Below, piece after piece: positions 61,993-64,000 of a stretch of 64,000 nt of DNA; within the stretch, counting starts at the first letter, position 1; each line of letters opens with the position of its first letter. Below the pieces are notes generated by a model that did no database searches, was not told the origin of the DNA, and worked only from the letters and a program-made list of their open reading frames with translations. The position numbers and the translations under genes are program-made. This DNA is from Moniliella sp. 'wahieum' (lineage: Eukaryota), in assembly GCA_003971905.1 (NCBI GenBank), contig RSEE01000017.1:620001-684000 (forward strand), written 5' to 3'.

Positions 61993-64000
61993 TACCAAGG
62001 GAAGTGACAGTGTCACGTGGGGGAGAATGAATGTTCGGCCCTCGAAAATTCACAAAAGAGGGGGTCATCTTACTACATGGTGTAGAACAACAGACCACGG
62101 TGCCACATGGTTACTAGTAGCGAAGATTGTGGAAGAGTCCATGCAGGCACATGGGCACTGAGGTCCACACAAGACACTCTAAATTGGGGCTCGCCTCCTT
62201 GTAGCACAAGTAACATGCAACCGGAGTGTCCTCTTTCAGGACGGTCTTGTGCGAGTAGTTCGGGGGCACCTTTTTCCCTGTACGACCATCACGTCCCTTT
62301 TGCGCCATGCGGCCATGGGTGCACCCATGAGCGACAAGTAGCGCCAAGAATCTTTTTGGGGTGCAGTAGGGTTCTGGACCCCTCAGCCGGGCAGCCGACG
62401 CAGTGGACCATGTGTTAGCACATGATGATGTTACATGCTATGCATGATATGCTTCCTGTTCGGGCCACAGAGACACTCGAGCATCGGTTCGGATCAGGCA
62501 CCCCAGCATGGACCGAGATCCCGATAATCCTTCGGTGTGCTGTTTAACGACCTTTTCCCCAAAAGGTCGCATGTTACAGTTCAGTCAACCGCGCAGAAGG
62601 CACATGGCAAAGTCTGTGTGTGTTTCGCACAAAGGGGCATATCTGTAGGCTGTAACAAGTACAGGTATTACCTCAAGGGGCCAACGCTATACTTGTGTGA
62701 AGTTATCCATTGTGGCCGGGAGAGCTGATGGGTGGCTTGTGCGCCCAGTGAGCGCAGTTGTGGCGTTCGCACTCTGCCCGATTTAGGTGTGCACATGGTT
62801 TTCTGGTGTGGCACCTGTCAGCTTTAAGTTCTGAAGCCGGGGCTTGGAGAGGAGCCGAAGAGCCGAGGAGCCGTTCGCCTCTCCGCGTGGTTGTATGGCC
62901 TACGACCCGCTGCGGTGATCAGGAGAATTGGGACGGGGCAACTGTGACATAGTGAGCATTACGATGAGGATTAAGCTTTGAGCTTTAAGGTTAAAGTGCC
63001 AGCAGGATAAGATTGATCATCGACCATCGATATGATAGTCCAAACCTATACACAGAAGAGGCCTGCGACAAAATAGATGATTTACTTGAGATATTGTATG
63101 GGGTCTACTTACAGTCTTGAGGGGCGTTCCTTTGGTCTAGTCCGTCCTCCGATGGTGCATGGTGGGAGACGGTGGTACCTGAGCCTGGCGGTGGCTATTA
63201 TCTCTCCCAAGATAATGTCAACTAACCTTTGTGTCAAGCTTCAAGCTTCAAGCATATGCCAAAAGTCTCCATGTGGTCAAGACGCCGATCGAATCGGAGC
63301 CTATACGTCAAAAGGCTTGGCTTTTGGAACGTGAAACGTGATGCGTGTAATCGATGATCGATGGATGGTGACCGGTGACCGGTGATGAGCGATGCATGAT
63401 CGATGTTCGGGCAGAGACAACAGAGACGCAGCCATAGCACAGCTAGCACAGCACTGCGTGCGCTCTCTTTTCAATTCGAGCTTCTCCAGACGAGGTGTCG
63501 TGCACCTCGTTGTCTCGCCTCGAGAATGGCCGAGGTGGACTGGTCTCCCTTGCCAGCAGGGGGATGGAAGTAGTTACTAGTAACAAGTAACTAGCGACCT
63601 CTATATAGTGAAGCAAGAAGCTGTAGTAATAGAAGTAACTATTACTACCTGGGAAGCCTGCATCCAGCAACATCGTAAGAGCAAGCGTCGTGTTGGGGAC
63701 CCCAGCTGTCAGCGCCAGAGGGGTGTGCTGCCCACGCAAGATGGCCTGGGATGGCCTCGGGTACTCGCTATGGCTGTGACATGCTTTACGCGACAAGCTG
63801 TCGTTCTGCCGCATGCGAGCAGGACGTGGGGATAGAGTGCGTGATATGTGGCGTATCACATGCGTCACATGATTTGGGAGATCTGAGACCGCGGGCGCGA
63901 CGCATGTGACGTGATTAATGATTAACGTTTAACGTACTTGACGATTAGCTCGACTATCGATTATCGATTTACGCGCGAGGGCATCGCGGCAAGGCAGTTG

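Noticed and set aside
62940..63790. Solo LTRs suggested by TGTCACAG ends and a TATA-like sequence
   Set aside because: No second copy, TSD, PBS or PPT identifiable in the window. TGTCAC is also part of the common CATG heptamer motif.

Overview
GC-rich, intron-containing fungal genomic DNA, most likely a basidiomycete (inferred from the ATO-transporter N-terminus TPGGHxxDxSQ.AFPVYHRKFANPAPLGL and the IGSGGFKDVY-type TKL kinase). A gene-rich core (about 10.8-59.7 kb) holds roughly 15 protein genes: GT15 mannosyltransferase, TKL kinase, PRS, EXO5, NDUFA1, FPK1/nrc-2 kinase, ATO/ADY2, a TPR-like mitochondrial protein, an Msn2-like C2H2 factor, a Stealth phosphotransferase, a GPI-type Ser/Thr protein, an ECM4-type GST, UPF0183 and two hypotheticals. 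There are also two intron-containing tRNAs (Tyr, Asp). Both ends (0-10 kb, 60-64 kb) are degenerate repeat or transposon debris and share two dispersed repeats. Nearly every conserved gene carries 1-nt frameshifts, most simply explained by an unpolished long-read consensus, so CDS spans are reconstructed and ends are approximate. The strongest unexplained signal is a set of intergenic 7-nt-period arrays, TNA-[4-bp palindrome]-TNA, using at least ten different palindromic 4-mers; these could be stacked transposon excision footprints. Also notable: an apparently intronless four-motif Stealth gene, a 20/22 match to the dinoflagellate spliced leader, and a kinase with SAP-like and LRNGK chromatin-type motifs.
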